64,000 nucleotides of DNA, from assembly GCA_951406725.2 (NCBI GenBank), contig OX597815.1:123318001-123382000 (forward strand), in the 5' to 3' direction. Under the pieces are notes generated by a model that saw only the letters and a list, made by a program, of their open reading frames with translations, did no database searches and was not told where the DNA came from. Positions within the stretch are counted from its first letter, which is position 1; each line of letters opens with the position of its first letter. The position numbers and the translations under genes are program-made. This DNA comes from Octopus vulgaris. Taxonomy: Eukaryota. Of this stretch, positions 14,200 through 26,835 are shown in pieces.

Positions 14200-15080
14200 A
14201 CCTTTCAACATAGGTGTTGGATTTTAGTAAGGGTGTGTATTGTCACCTCTGAACTGGATTGACATGGACAGCTGTTGTGGAAGTGTATTCCAATCAGTGG
14301 ATGTAGGATCAATCAGATGATGTATGCAGACAACATGGAGCTGCTTGCCTCATCAAAAAGTGTTCTCCTGCATGCACTGAATGGGTTTACTGTTGAGTGC
14401 TGCAAGAAGAGGTGAAATTAATGTTGCAAAGACTAAGGCAAAGGTTTTCTCAAGAAAGTCTTACCAGTGCATTGTGCATATTAGTGGGACATCACAGAGA
14501 TAAGTGTTAAAGTTTAAGTATCATCACTTGTATTCACAAGTGATGGAAAGCAGGAAGCAGAATTTGAAGCTAGAATTGCAGCTACTAGTTCAGTGATGTG
14601 CAAACTCCAACATTCAATCTTGAAAAGAGGAGAAGTTTATAAAAAAGCCAAACTTGCTATCTTCAATTCAGCTTGCATGCCTTTCCTCACCTGTGGTCAC
14701 GAATGTTGGATAATGGCTAAAAGTGTTTGATTACAAATACTAGCAGCTGAAATGGGGCTCCCCTGAAGGATCTCTGGAGAAAAGCTACTTGACAGGATGT
14801 GAAACTCAGAGATCAGGGAAGTCTCCAGGTCAAGCCGCTACTTTCTTGCATTGAGAGATAACAGCTCCAATACTTCAGACATGTAATTGGAATGTCATAG
14901 GAAAGAATTGCTAGATGAATTTTTCAATGCAAACTAAGTGGCAGGAGACCTAGGAGTAGACCAAGAATGAGATGGTTAGATGATAACCATAATTACTTAC
15001 TTGAGAATCCAGCCAGAAAGTCTAATGATGGTTGCTTCTGGCAGATATCTATAGAGGAAGTACCCAAGAATAGTGGGCAG
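14200..15080 (+). mobile_element. RTE-like LINE remnant
   Basis: EFEARIAA...KAKLAIFNS...LTCGHECWIM...GRRPRSRPRMRWLD post-RT motifs. Confidence 0.7.
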
Positions 15081-16719
15081 GGGAGGAAGGATTGAAGGAT
15101 AGATGTATTTCAGAAGGAAATCAATGAGAAACCTCCCTGGGCACACGGGGAATTTTGAAAGATCTAACTATTTGAAGGAAAGGTAGTAGTAATCACAACA
15201 CACTTTGTAAAGTCATATAAAGGAACCTAATTTACAAAGGCACACTTTCATAAAAGAAAAATTGTGATCTGATGGTAGAAAATTCTCTTTTTGACCATAT
15301 AAAGCTTATGGTGTTTTAAATCACTAGATAGGGTTTTTAACTTTTTACATCTCAATTTTCCTATCTGTAATAAGTACATACCAGATTTTCTCAGAACTGT
15401 ATATCTAATTGACTAACATAGTGTCCAAGGGAAGATTCATCTTTCTTCCATTTAATATACAAGAACTTAAGGAGGCAAAGCTTTGCAGTTGTTTTTTTCA
15501 TTTTTTTTTTATGAAATACACAACACTTCTGGTTTTCTCTGATTTAGATATGTGATGAGAAAAGCTGAGATCATATTGTATGAATAGTGATCATATTGCT
15601 GAACAGTGATGGTAGCTGGGCAAAGGTAAGCCAGAAGAAGTGGAGTTAAAACGTATAATTCATTTATGAACAAATTGGGATATAATAGAAAATAAAAGAA
15701 CTTGTAACAAAAAAGAAAATTTGAAGTGAAAATATTTGTTGAATCAAAAACGTTGTGAAAACAGATGCAGGATCCTTTTAATGATGGTAAATCATGAATT
15801 AAAATCCTATTGTAAAAATATTTAATTAAATACTTTATAATTTATTAAAGACAATTTGCTAGAAGACCTAGACATGTACAGCTTGATATATTCAACATGT
15901 TTGAAGAGGCTTTATTTTTGCAAACCTGCAGCCATAAAATAGTAAACAAAAGAAAGTTGTATGAATAGACTATATAAACTACATAAAAGCAAGTTGAAAG
16001 GAAATGCAAAAGACAATCAAAGCAAAGGAAACTAAATAAGAAACAGAAAGAAATCTCTGTTTTATGACGGTCTGGTAATGTCTTGATTAAATTCTAGTTA
16101 TGACTGTTCCTTTTTAAAATGGAAAGAATTTCACATTCCAATCCTGCTTTCAATTTAAAGAAAAACAAAATTACAAGATACAATTGTGTCTCATTGTCTG
16201 AATTTTTTTTCTAGTTTTTATTAGCTTTTCCTCTTTTCTAAGTTTATGTATGACTACGTTTTCTTTCAACTTTATGGGAGCATTAAAACATAATAAAGAA
16301 AAGTACTAACTGCCAAAAGAAATAAAAATAAAATTACTTTCCATTCCCTAACTTTAACACCTTTTCTTCATTCGTAGTTGGTGTTGTTGTTGTTCAGTTA
16401 TTGGGACAACTCTTTTGGATCAGACTTGTAAAATGCTGATAGTTATTTAAAAATAACTTGAGGCAGCCCTCAGGTTTACTGGTTTACATCTTAAACAACG
16501 CCATCTTAAATCACACACACAATGGAAAGTTGATGTTCAAAGTGATCCCATGGTTCTAGGGACCCAATACGAATCTATGTATTCCATGGCTGTATACACA
16601 GTAACTCCAATGCATTGTTTTGTCCTGGGGGGGTCTTTAAAATTGTTAAGAAGACCCTGATTCCAGCTATGATAAGTAGACACAGTCACACAGTCTTTAG
16701 ATGCAGAGGAGCAGTTCAT

Positions 16720-17990
16720 GTTACACTGTATGTATTTTGCAATACAGTATATATTTTATAATAATGAAATTATTGTATACAGTACTCAGGTGCACCACAA
16801 CTTGTCAAAAGTGCGTATTAAGCCTATGCAGTAATGTACAAATGTCTGGAAAGCGAACAGTGTATGAGTCAGATACATGCTTGCATGTGTATGGAGGGGA
16901 GAAAATCAGGCGAATCTCAGGAAGCATGGAGGTTTTGAAAGATGCAGTGCTCCTACAACTAACAACTGATGCCAGCAGTTTGTTCTATGCTTCAGCAACT
17001 CTTAGCATGAAAAGATGTTTCCGAAGTCATGGGAGCTGTGCTGTTTTCTGACTTTGTAAATATGTCCACGGGTGGAGTTTGAAAAGGTGCTCAGAGTTAT
17101 TGTTAGTAAGATGGGTGTCTGTCAAGTCAGCTGCCAGACGTCGGAGTTTCAATGTATCCATGCCCAGGGAAGTAAGGTGTTCAGAATATGGCAAATGCCT
17201 GATGGAGGGTATTCTCTTGGTTGCACGTTGCTGAATGTTTTCCAGACAATTAATATCCTGGGCAAGATAGGGGTTCCAGACCGGTGATGCAAATTCCAGG
17301 AGAGGTCGTACCATAGCTATATAAACCCACAGATAGATAGCCAGAGAGCAGCTCACAAAGGACACTTGGTGAGTGATGCCAAGACACCCTCAGCCTTCTT
17401 GGCAATTTTAGCGACGTGTTTTGTCCAACGCAAATCGCTGTTGACAATAACACCCAGGTCACATTCACAAGAAGACTTTTTGAGATTAGTGTTGTGGAGG
17501 GAGTAAGTAGATGCTGGGTTTTTCCTCTTAAAATGCATGGTGGTACATTTGTCCACAGCCAGCTTGAATTGCCAGTCCATGATCCAATGCTGCATTGTGT
17601 CCAGGTCTGATTGTAATAGAGATCTATAGTGTATAGGATCTGACCTCTTTATTTTGAGGTACAGCTTGATGTCATCTGCATATTTCAGCACTGTGGCATT
17701 CTTTAAGTTGGTATCTATGTCATTAATATATGCAACAAATAAAAGGGGGCCACGAACAGATTCCTGTGGTACACAAGATGTCATCTCATAGGGTGAAGAT
17801 TGCTGTCCTAGAACTGTGACAACCTCTTTTCGGCCGATAATAAAGTACTTCAACCAGTTATAGAGATCGTCTCTTACAGCCATTGCAGAGAGTTTCACCA
17901 TAAGTCTTTTGTGTGGCACAGAATTAAAAGCCTTAGGTAAACAACATACACCCAGGATTCGCGATCAGTGATTCGGATAATGTCCTCATT
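16720..17990 (-). mobile_element. CR1/Jockey-group LINE RT fragment
   Basis: KAFNSVPH, VPQESVRGPLLF, KYADDIKLY, DLGVIV, VRPLLEFASPVWNP. Confidence 0.9.
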
Positions 17991-18369
17991 TTGTATATAT
18001 GAGTTCTTTTATTCTTGATTGAGGAATCTGTTAGTGGCCACAGAAGTGGAAAAAGATGATCACAGATGGCACACATGGTTGAACTAGTGTGGGATATTCT
18101 CTTTTGTTGATTAATCTACTTCCTCGAATAAGCAAATCAATCTCAGCCTCTGTCCATCTGAGAATTATGAAAGAAAAATCTAAAAACCTTCACTAAAAGA
18201 GAGGTCACAATACAAAAGACATAAATTGCTAGATAATCTATTTCAGCAGGAAATTCAACAATGTAGTTTTTAATACACACACACACACATACAAACAAAC
18301 AACATGAATGGATAGTTCAAAGTATGACTACATGTTTTTCAATAGCCAAGTTTATTCCAAGTGCCAATC

Positions 18370-18692
18370 TCTAACTGTGGAGGGCATCTGTGAAGCATGA
18401 TCTTTGAATATTGGGTCTCACAGAAGCAATGACAAGTGACCAAGACCTTAGGCAATATACCGTGCTTGAGAAGACCCATCAAGCCAAGTGAAATCACAGT
18501 TGTGGCCAATGCCAGTGGCATGTAAAAAGCACTCATTACAATCTTGGAGTGGTTGGCATTAGGAAGGAGATCCAGCCATAGAAACCATGCCAAGTCAGAT
18601 TGGAACCTGGTGCAGCTCTCCAGCTTATCAGTTTCAATCAAACTGTCTAATCCATGCCAGCATGGAAAGCAGAGGTTAAATGATGATGATAT
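18370..18692 (+). mobile_element. RTE 3'-end fragment
   Basis: Same 3' UTR as 58300-58620, with (GAT)n tail. Confidence 0.75.
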
Positions 18693-19134
18693 AATATATG
18701 TACAGTCATTATATTTGGGGATAGGCTAAAATGCATGTAAATATCAAATACATTATCTACATTTTTCCCATTTTAGTCTATTCTCACTTGTAGGTAATTA
18801 GATCTGTATGACAGTAGGATAGTAGGGTATAGAAGTTTAATGTAGGATCAATAACTGAACCCAAAACTCACTAGTAACATGTGCATGATAGCATTTTGTT
18901 GGTTACATATATATATCCATATATATATATGGCTATATATGATATATATATGTATATATGTATGTGTATATGTGTGTGTGTGTGGGAGGTGTATAAAATA
19001 TGGGGGTTTAATTCACAGGTGATTAAAACAACTAGGTACACTAGGTAAGTGCTGTAGCAGATTATTAGGGTTCCAAGGTTAAAGCCAAGATGGTAGTTAT
19101 GGACCCATTGCAGATTTCCAATATAGCAGATATA

Positions 19135-19614
19135 TAACTGTTAAAGAGGACGACAAACGTTAAGACAAGGCAACCATCTCAAGTCATATACATTATTATT
19201 GGAAAAAAAGGTTCTAAGTCTTACAGCTGTTTCTGGGATATCCCAGAGTATGGGATATTCCGTCATCGGTGACAAATAGGGAAAATTAGAAGGGTATAAA
19301 TTAATGAAATGATGACATAGAGGACAGGCGTAAAAGAATAAGGAGATGAAGAAAGAGGAGAAAAAAGAAGCATAAAAGTTCACAGTTAAACTTTCCAATC
19401 TTGTAGAAGTAAGTCCATTAGTCCTTAGGTGAAATCCAGTGTAAACCTATGAAGGTTAAAGTCCTGACTTTAACCTACAGAGATGACAAACTATCCCATA
19501 ATCTGGGATATCCCCAAAACAGCTGTAAGACTTAGAATCTTTTTTCTAATAATAATTATAATGTATATGACTTGAGATATTTGCCTTATCTTAACGTTTG
19601 TTGTCCTCTTTAAC

Positions 19615-19620
<6 letters not shown>
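19135..19620. mobile_element. Penelope-like inverted terminal repeat pair with a hammerhead-like motif
   Basis: ~135-bp inverted arms (19135-19268, 19482-19620); minus-strand CCGATGA-stem-GAAACAGCTGTA. Confidence 0.55.
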
Positions 19621-19660
<40 letters not shown>

Positions 19661-19800
19661 ATATGCATACATACATATATACATACATACATCATATATA
19701 TATATATATATATACATACATACATACATACATACATACATACATCATATATATATATACATATACATATATGCATCATATATATACATATACATATATC

Positions 19801-19851
<51 letters not shown>
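19617..19851. repeat. Compound (TA)n/(TACA)n/(TG)n microsatellite
   Basis: Directly visible; source of spurious IYIY ORFs. Confidence 0.97.
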
Positions 19852-19854
<3 letters not shown>

Positions 19855-20148
19855 AGGCACAGAGGCACAGTGGTTAGGGCAGCGGACTTGCGGTTGTAAG
19901 ATCACGGTTTTGATTCCCAGACCGGTCACTGTGAGTGTTTATTGAGCGAAAACACCTAAAGCTCCACAAGCCTCTGGCAGGGGGCGATCCCTGCTGTACT
20001 CTTTTGCCACAACTTTCTCTCACTCTTTCTTCTGTTGGCCTGCTCACTTAGCCAGCAGGGTGGCATCATCTTGAAGGCTAAAACAATGCAAAGCGCATTG
20101 TGACCAGTGATGTGTAGCAACATCTGATAGCCTGGTCAGTCACGTGAT

Positions 20149-20156
<8 letters not shown>
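19852..20156 (+). mobile_element. tRNA-derived SINE (family B)
   Basis: Head ggcacagtggttagggcagcggacttgcggttgtaag...gattccc; tail ...gtcacgtgat; homologous minus copy at 49745-50022. Confidence 0.8.
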
Positions 20157-20179
<23 letters not shown>

Positions 20180-20265
20180 CATACTTATATATATATATAT
20201 ATTATATATATATATATATATACTATATTATATATTAATACATACTTATATATATATATATATAC

Positions 20266-20337
<72 letters not shown>

Positions 20338-20341
<4 letters not shown>

Positions 20342-20502
20342 CGCAGGAGTGGCTGTGTGGTAAGTAGCTTGCTAACCAACCACATGGTTCCGGGTTCAGT
20401 CCCACTGCGTGGCATCTTGGGCAAGTGTCTTCTGCTATAGCCCTGGGCCAACCAATGCCTTGTGAGTGGATTTGGTAGATGGAAACTGAAAGAAGCCTGT
20501 TG

Positions 20503-20543
<41 letters not shown>

Positions 20544-20750
20544 ATATGTTTGTGTGTCTGTGTTTGTCCCCCTAGCATTGCTTGACAACCGATGCTGGTG
20601 TGTTTACGTCCCCGTCACTTAGTGGTTCGGCAAAAGAGACTGATAGAATAAGTACTGGGCTTACAAAGAATAAGTCCCGGAGTCGATTTGCTCAACTAAA
20701 GGCGGTGCTCCAGCATGGCCGCAGTCAAATTACTGAAACAAGTAAAAGAG
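20338..20750 (+). mobile_element. tRNA-derived SINE (family A), full length with internal microsatellite
   Basis: A box TGGCTGTGTGG, B box GGTTCAGTCCC; tail cagcatggccgcagtc...actgaaacaagtaaaagag; many copies in the window. Confidence 0.9.
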
Positions 20751-20767
20751 TATATATATATATATAT

Positions 20768-20801
<34 letters not shown>

Positions 20802-21106
20802 GTACATACATACATTCCAGATTACAAATTTACATTTATACCAATAATAAGTAGACCACTGACTGTCAGTTCGGATAAGCTTAGATTTTCAGAAAAAGAA
20901 ATCAACCAACTGATTTGTACATTACAGATATAATCTGTAAGCAGAACACTAAAACTATGCAATACTTTTCTCAGGTTTAAAATGTGACATTGTTTTCGTT
21001 ATCTGCGTTCTGGAGATGAAGCGTTATATTTTTGTGAGAAATGAGCTCTTTCTTCAAAGGAAGAAGTTAAATGATTAAAAGCAGAAGACACACATGCACA
21101 CACATA

Positions 21107-21158
<52 letters not shown>

Positions 21159-21899
21159 TACATACATACATACATACATACATACATACATACATAGTAT
21201 ATACAGTTGAAGCAGCAATAAATTAAAATAGCCATTCTTGTTTCACTCTTAATGCATATACATCATTGACAGTGAAGATACTGCAGTTTTCCTCAGCACT
21301 AAGTATGATACACAGAGGGTTATTTTAATTTAAAGCAGCTTCAGTTTTGTACATCAAGTTTTATTCAGCCTGGGCATTATTTGCAATACCAGTGAATTCA
21401 CCAGTTGCTTAGGTGACCAAGTTAGCAATAGAAGAGAATATTCTGAAAGTGTAGTTGCCAGGATAAGAACGGGCTGGGCAAAGTTCAGAGTGCTTCTACC
21501 TTTGTTGGTATCCAAGGGTTTCTCTATCAGAGGGAAAGGCAGATTGTATGATACCTGTATATCATACAATCAAAGAACAACAGATCAACAGGAAATATAT
21601 TCTTGTTCTCATATTTTGTTGCCTCTTTTAGAAAATTGATTTTTGCTTGCAATTGATCTTTGCTTGCTTTTATACTCTCCATTCAAGGCTGAGGTATCTT
21701 CAGGTAAATTTGACTTGAAGGGTTTAGTTAGTAAATTCTTCAAGTATCTCCACTCATCATGTTCCCACTAACCTTGTGCAGTAATGGCCTCAACATATGC
21801 AGTACTCTCAAGACAAATTGGAACGAATTTTTTCTGCTCTGGTCTTGTCCATTCTTGACAACAGTATTCATCAAACAATTTGATTATTAATCTGTGAAG

Positions 21900-22550
21900 G
21901 TTTATTTTTATTTTATTTTATTTATTTTTTTTTTTGAGATGGCAGTTATCACAATTTAATTACAAGGAAACAAAGAAACAGAATCCCCCCCCCCTCAGAA
22001 AAGAGAGGGTGGGGTTGAACAGAAGAAGATAGAGGGGGAGGGAGCTCTGGGCTTCACACCCCATAATAAATGGAGTGTTCAGACCACGTCGACATTGCCA
22101 TGGAGAATGGCCAACACATGCTGTAGCAGCCAAACCACCTCACAAGGCTCATTTCACAGACAGGCAACTGGTGTCCTGATTTTGAGGAGGAAAATGGTAG
22201 TGCAGGTTCCGAGAACATTGAAGTCTCAATGGCGACTGGCACAAACTGATAGCAACTGTCAGGCTCGTATATTTATTTATTTTTCTCTCTTCTGTGTTAC
22301 AGGCAGCAATAACTGGGTTTGCAGATGATGCAACAATGTTGGAGCCAGAGAACATGTCACTGCACATCGCATCTCAGATTAGCAATCTGCCTTTCTTGTC
22401 TGGGAAGAGGGTTACTTCATCGGGGTATTTACCATCCCTGCGGTAAAGACCTACTGGCTCCAGTTCGGACAGGAAGTCAACTGTGTTGAGGCCTCTTCTA
22501 ATTTTATTATTCAGAGCAGTGTGTTGGGGAAACCAGCCTGCACTAAATTA
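21900..22550 (-). mobile_element. CRE-clade non-LTR retrotransposon 3' end
   Basis: HTALNNKIRRGL...LEPVGLYRRDGKYPD...D.MCSD...EERKINKY...PVAIET REL domain; A-rich tail at 21901-21935. Confidence 0.75.
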
Positions 22551-22557
22551 TATATTA

Positions 22558-22770
22558 TTGGTTTCAAATTTTGGCACAAGGCCAGAATTTTTTGCAGAAA
22601 TCTAATTACATTGGCCCCAGTGCCCAACTAGTACTTATTTTATTAACTCCAAAAAGATGACAGGCAAAGTCAACCTCAGTGGAATTTGAACTCAGGATGT
22701 AAAGATGGCTTCAAATGTCGCTAAGCATTTTGTCTGGCATTCTAATGATTCTGCTAGCTCACCGCCTTAA
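22558..22770 (-). mobile_element. SINE family D copy (others at 24715-24890, 24908-25115, 33450-33645, 28420-28530)
   Basis: Shared ggtttcaaattttggcacaaggccag...ggaatttgaactcag...gctcaccgcctt. Confidence 0.75.
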
Positions 22771-22824
22771 TTAAATTACATATATTGCATTATCAAAAGA
22801 TTAAAAGGAATATTCAAAACAACT

Positions 22825-23178
22825 GCCATGGTTCTAGGTTTGGCCCCACTGTGTGACACTTTTGGCCGAGTGTCTTTTATTCTAGCCTTGGACCAATCAA
22901 ATGCCTGTGAGTGGATTTGGTTGACAGAAACTGAAAGAAGCCCATCGTATGTGTGCATGTGTGTATATGTGTGTTTGTTTGTCCCCCACCACTATTTGAC
23001 AACTGGTGTTGGTTGTTTAAGTACCCTAACTTAGCAGTTTGGCAAATGGCCTTAATAGAATAAATACCAGGTTTAAAAGTAATAAATACTGGGGTTGATT
23101 CACTCCACTAAAAATTCTTCCAGGCAGTGCCCCAACATGGCCATGTACTAATCACTGAAACAGGTAAAAGAGAAAAGA
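22825..23178 (+). mobile_element. SINE family A copy (5'-truncated)
   Basis: Colinear with 20338-20750. Confidence 0.8.
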
Positions 23179-23984
23179 TCCCTGATGTCTGATGTTCAAA
23201 ACAAAAATAAAAAATCTTTTTTAAAAAATGATAAAAAAGTTAAAAGGGAGTTTATGTCATCATCAAAATAAAATTGATTTTCTCGAACCTAAAAAAAAAA
23301 TGTAATTGTGTGTTGATTTTATACAACAGATGCTCTTTTATGACCAGCATTCGTATTGTTCTGAGGTTATATTTTACGAAAAGTAAAGAAAAATGCATTT
23401 ATTTATTTAAAAGTTTTCAGAAGTTTTATGCATGTAAATGTTCCAGCATCTGTTACACAAGATCAAAACAGCCAAATATTTATTACAGGATGTAATGGTG
23501 TAAGGCATGGAACATCTGATCTTCAAAACTTAGAAATGTGAAGATTGTTTTGAAAAATTAAAGAAATGAATAATTTGGAGGGGTTTTAAAAAAATTTTCA
23601 TTTTAACATTTGTTCTATTACAACACATAACCAAAGCCAATGAATAAATATCAGAGATTGTTGTTTTCCTTTCTCAATACCATCATTAAAAATATTTACT
23701 TAACTTGATACTCTAGACTGTTTTTTTTTAAGTATCTCATTACAAAAAAAAAAAAAAAATACAATCATTTATTTAAAATTTTTCAGAAGAAAAATTTATG
23801 GAGATGTATAACTGTGTTAGAGGTTTTAAACAAGATCAAAACAACTAAATATACACAGCAAGACATAACGGTGTATAACAAGGAATATCTGACATTTAGA
23901 AGACCATTGTTCTTTAATTCTAAAGAGCATTTAGGGCTTCTGAAGCAGTGTGTTGATGATCTTGGCAAAAATCCGAAACTTGCT

Positions 23985-24330
23985 AAACTGGTATAGTTGA
24001 TGCTCAACTTGAATCTCAATAATTTGATATCAGCAGGAAAAATATCAGGAGGAATAGAATTCCAGGGGGTTGACATTCAGGTAGAAAGGATTGAATATAA
24101 GGATTAATGCATGGGACGGGAGCAGTTGAAGCAGAGATAGAGACAGAACAGTATGATTGATGAATGGGTTTCAATAGAGGTTGTCTACAACTAGCTACTT
24201 CTGAAGAGCAGCAGTTGTAGTAGCAATACAGAGTGCTGATGCTCTTTATATTTAAACAAGAAGTTGAAGTGTCCCGGTTAATCAGCTGGGTGACTTTCTT
24301 ATGGATGCAGTCAAGTGCATGTGTGTGTGC
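23985..24330 (-). mobile_element. L2/CR1-group LINE 3' remnant
   Basis: QSFLP...STPWNSIPPDIFP...FKLSIN C-terminal motif. Confidence 0.55.
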
Positions 24331-26835
24331 ATATGTTACAGCAGTACTGTTCAATGCATGAGGCAGCATTCCATTGTTTATCTTATTTAAGGCAATACTG
24401 AAAAGAGGAATGAGCAACAAGTTTATTTTAAAAATGATAATATCATTATAGTGAACTTTGGTCTGATTAACAATAACAATTTTGCTTTTAACCTGAAGTT
24501 AGAAAAAAACCTAGTTGTTTTCTTTTTTTTCTTAACTGACTTAAATGATCCTTTCAGAAGCTCTGTGATTGGTAGAAAGAAAGGAAGGGGTCATCTCCAC
24601 ATCAGGAACCTACCCCAGACACTTTAAATAAAATAGTATCTACTGCAAAATCCAAAGACCAAGTGGTGGTGTTAAACTAGTTACCAGATTAAATCTAGTA
24701 CCCAAGTTTAAATCACTGAGAGAGTGGGTATGTCAATTACATTGACCCCAGTGATCAACTGGTACTTGTTTTATCGACCCTGAAAGGATGAAAGACAAAG
24801 TCTCCCTTGGCAGAACTCAGAACAAGGACAGATGAAATGCTGCTTAGCATTTTGCCCAGCATGCTAACGATTCTGCCAGCTCACTGCCTTCATCAACCTA
24901 ATAATATGGATTTCAAATTTTGGTACAAGGCCAGCAATTTCAGGGTAGTGGGTAATTTGATTACATTGACTCTAGTGACCAACTGGTACTTATTTTATTG
25001 ACCCCAAAAGACAAAGTTGACCTTGGCAGAATTTGAACTCAGAATGTAAAGACAGGTGAAATGCCACCAATTATTTTGCCCAGTGTGTTAATGATTCCAC
25101 CAGCTTGCCACTTTCATCAATCTAATAATATTAACTTTTGTTCTTCTTATTTTTATTTGCTTTCTGCTTTATTCTTTAAGTAGCTATACAATACTAATGT
25201 TTTCTGTCTTCTTGAGAGATCAATATATTTGTGCCACTGAAACACAACTGCTTATACAATGAAAGATATAAATTGTATAGCAATTTCTCTTTTCAGTTTT
25301 AAATTTTAAACTATTTGTTGCATTGACTGTTAAATTAACAATTAGATGAGAATTATAAAGGTTGTCAGTGCAACAATTCACAATGGCTATACATAAAACT
25401 AGAATCGTAATTTAACTGTATAATAACAGTCATAAAAAAATAAAGTCTTTAATTATTTCAGTTGACAATAGCACTCACAGTTCTTTTATTGTTTAGCCAA
25501 AGGAAGAAAGACCAATGGCCAAAACGTTTGAGGTTAATGCACCAAAAGTTCTACAGATGATACTTGTGGGTGCAACATGGGTAGGAGAGGAATTCCAGAG
25601 AGTTGAAATTCCTGGAAAGAAAGATTTGAGAAAATTATTTAACAGGATTTATGAGATGAAACACAGTGGGGATGATAAAATTGGTTGGTGCATTTAGTGG
25701 ACTGTGGGTGGGAGCAGGGCTTGATAAATAACTTCAGAGGAAAAGAATGTTTTGTAGTCATCATCATCATTTTAACATCCATTTTCCCATGCTTGCAAGT
25801 GCCATATCGAATCTGTTGAGGCAGGAGTTTCTATGTTCAGATGCCCTTCCTATCACCAACCTTCACTTGTTTCCAAGGAAGGTAATATTTTCCTATGACC
25901 AGCCAGATTTCTTGGAAGATTGAAAAATAAATCACACTGCTAGTATGATGTCAAAAGAAGACACATGCACACATATACACATACAAGATGGGGCTTTTTT
26001 CAGTTTCCATCTGCCAAATCCACTCACCAGACTTTGGTTGGCCTGGGGTTATAAAAGAAGACATTTACCTAAAGTACCACATAATGTTGGTTGTTTAAGT
26101 ACCTAACTTAATGAATTTTGGGTTTTTTTTTAAAGGAGTCGAGTATTTGGAATGTAGTCATTATCAATCATATTTTCAGAAAACATCAGAAGCTGATAAA
26201 TATGAGGTAGTGGGCTAGGTTAAAGATGTCAGTAACAAAAGTTTTCATAAAATGGGTTAAATACTTATTGAGGAAAAAAGGTTGAAGTGTTTGGCAAAGA
26301 TAACTAGCTAACTTGGGAGAGACAGTTTGAAGATGATATATGGAACACTATTAGAACTCTCTTTAGCTAAAGTAAGTTGAGAAACTTTCCTACACACATT
26401 GAATTCATTGTCATTTTGAAGTCCACTTTTCTATGCTTGCATGGGTCGGACAAAATTCACTGAGGCAACTTTTCTAAAGCCAGATGCCACTTTCACTGGT
26501 TTCCCAAGAAGATAATATTTCCCAATGCATAACTGGACATGTTTTCATGAAAGACAGAAGATGAATTACTCCATTTGTATGATGGTGATACTTGTTTTTT
26601 TAACTGTCATGTGATGTCAAAATGAAGAGGCATGCACAAACACACACATGTAAAGTGGTTAATGTTAGGAAGGAGATCCAACCATAAAAACCCTGTCAAA
26701 GTAGACAGCAGAGCTTGAAGCAGTCTTCTACTTACCAGCTCCCATCAAGCCATCTAACCCATGCCAGCAAGGAAGACACGCATTAAATTATGATATATAT
26801 ATGTGTGTGTGTGTGTGTATGTGTGCATATATATA

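Noticed and set aside
15552-15602. C/D box snoRNA (GTGATGA...CTGA) or small plus-strand exon 15549-15626
   Set aside because: Too short, no terminal stem or recognisable guide; all frames of the putative exon contain stops.
19591-20933. ORFs rich in IY/HT/CV
   Set aside because: Translations of dinucleotide microsatellites and SINEs.
20975-21051. Minus-strand exon-like frame KELISHKNITLHLQNADNENNVTF*
   Set aside because: Weak acceptor (gaAG), no recognisable homology, no linked exon.
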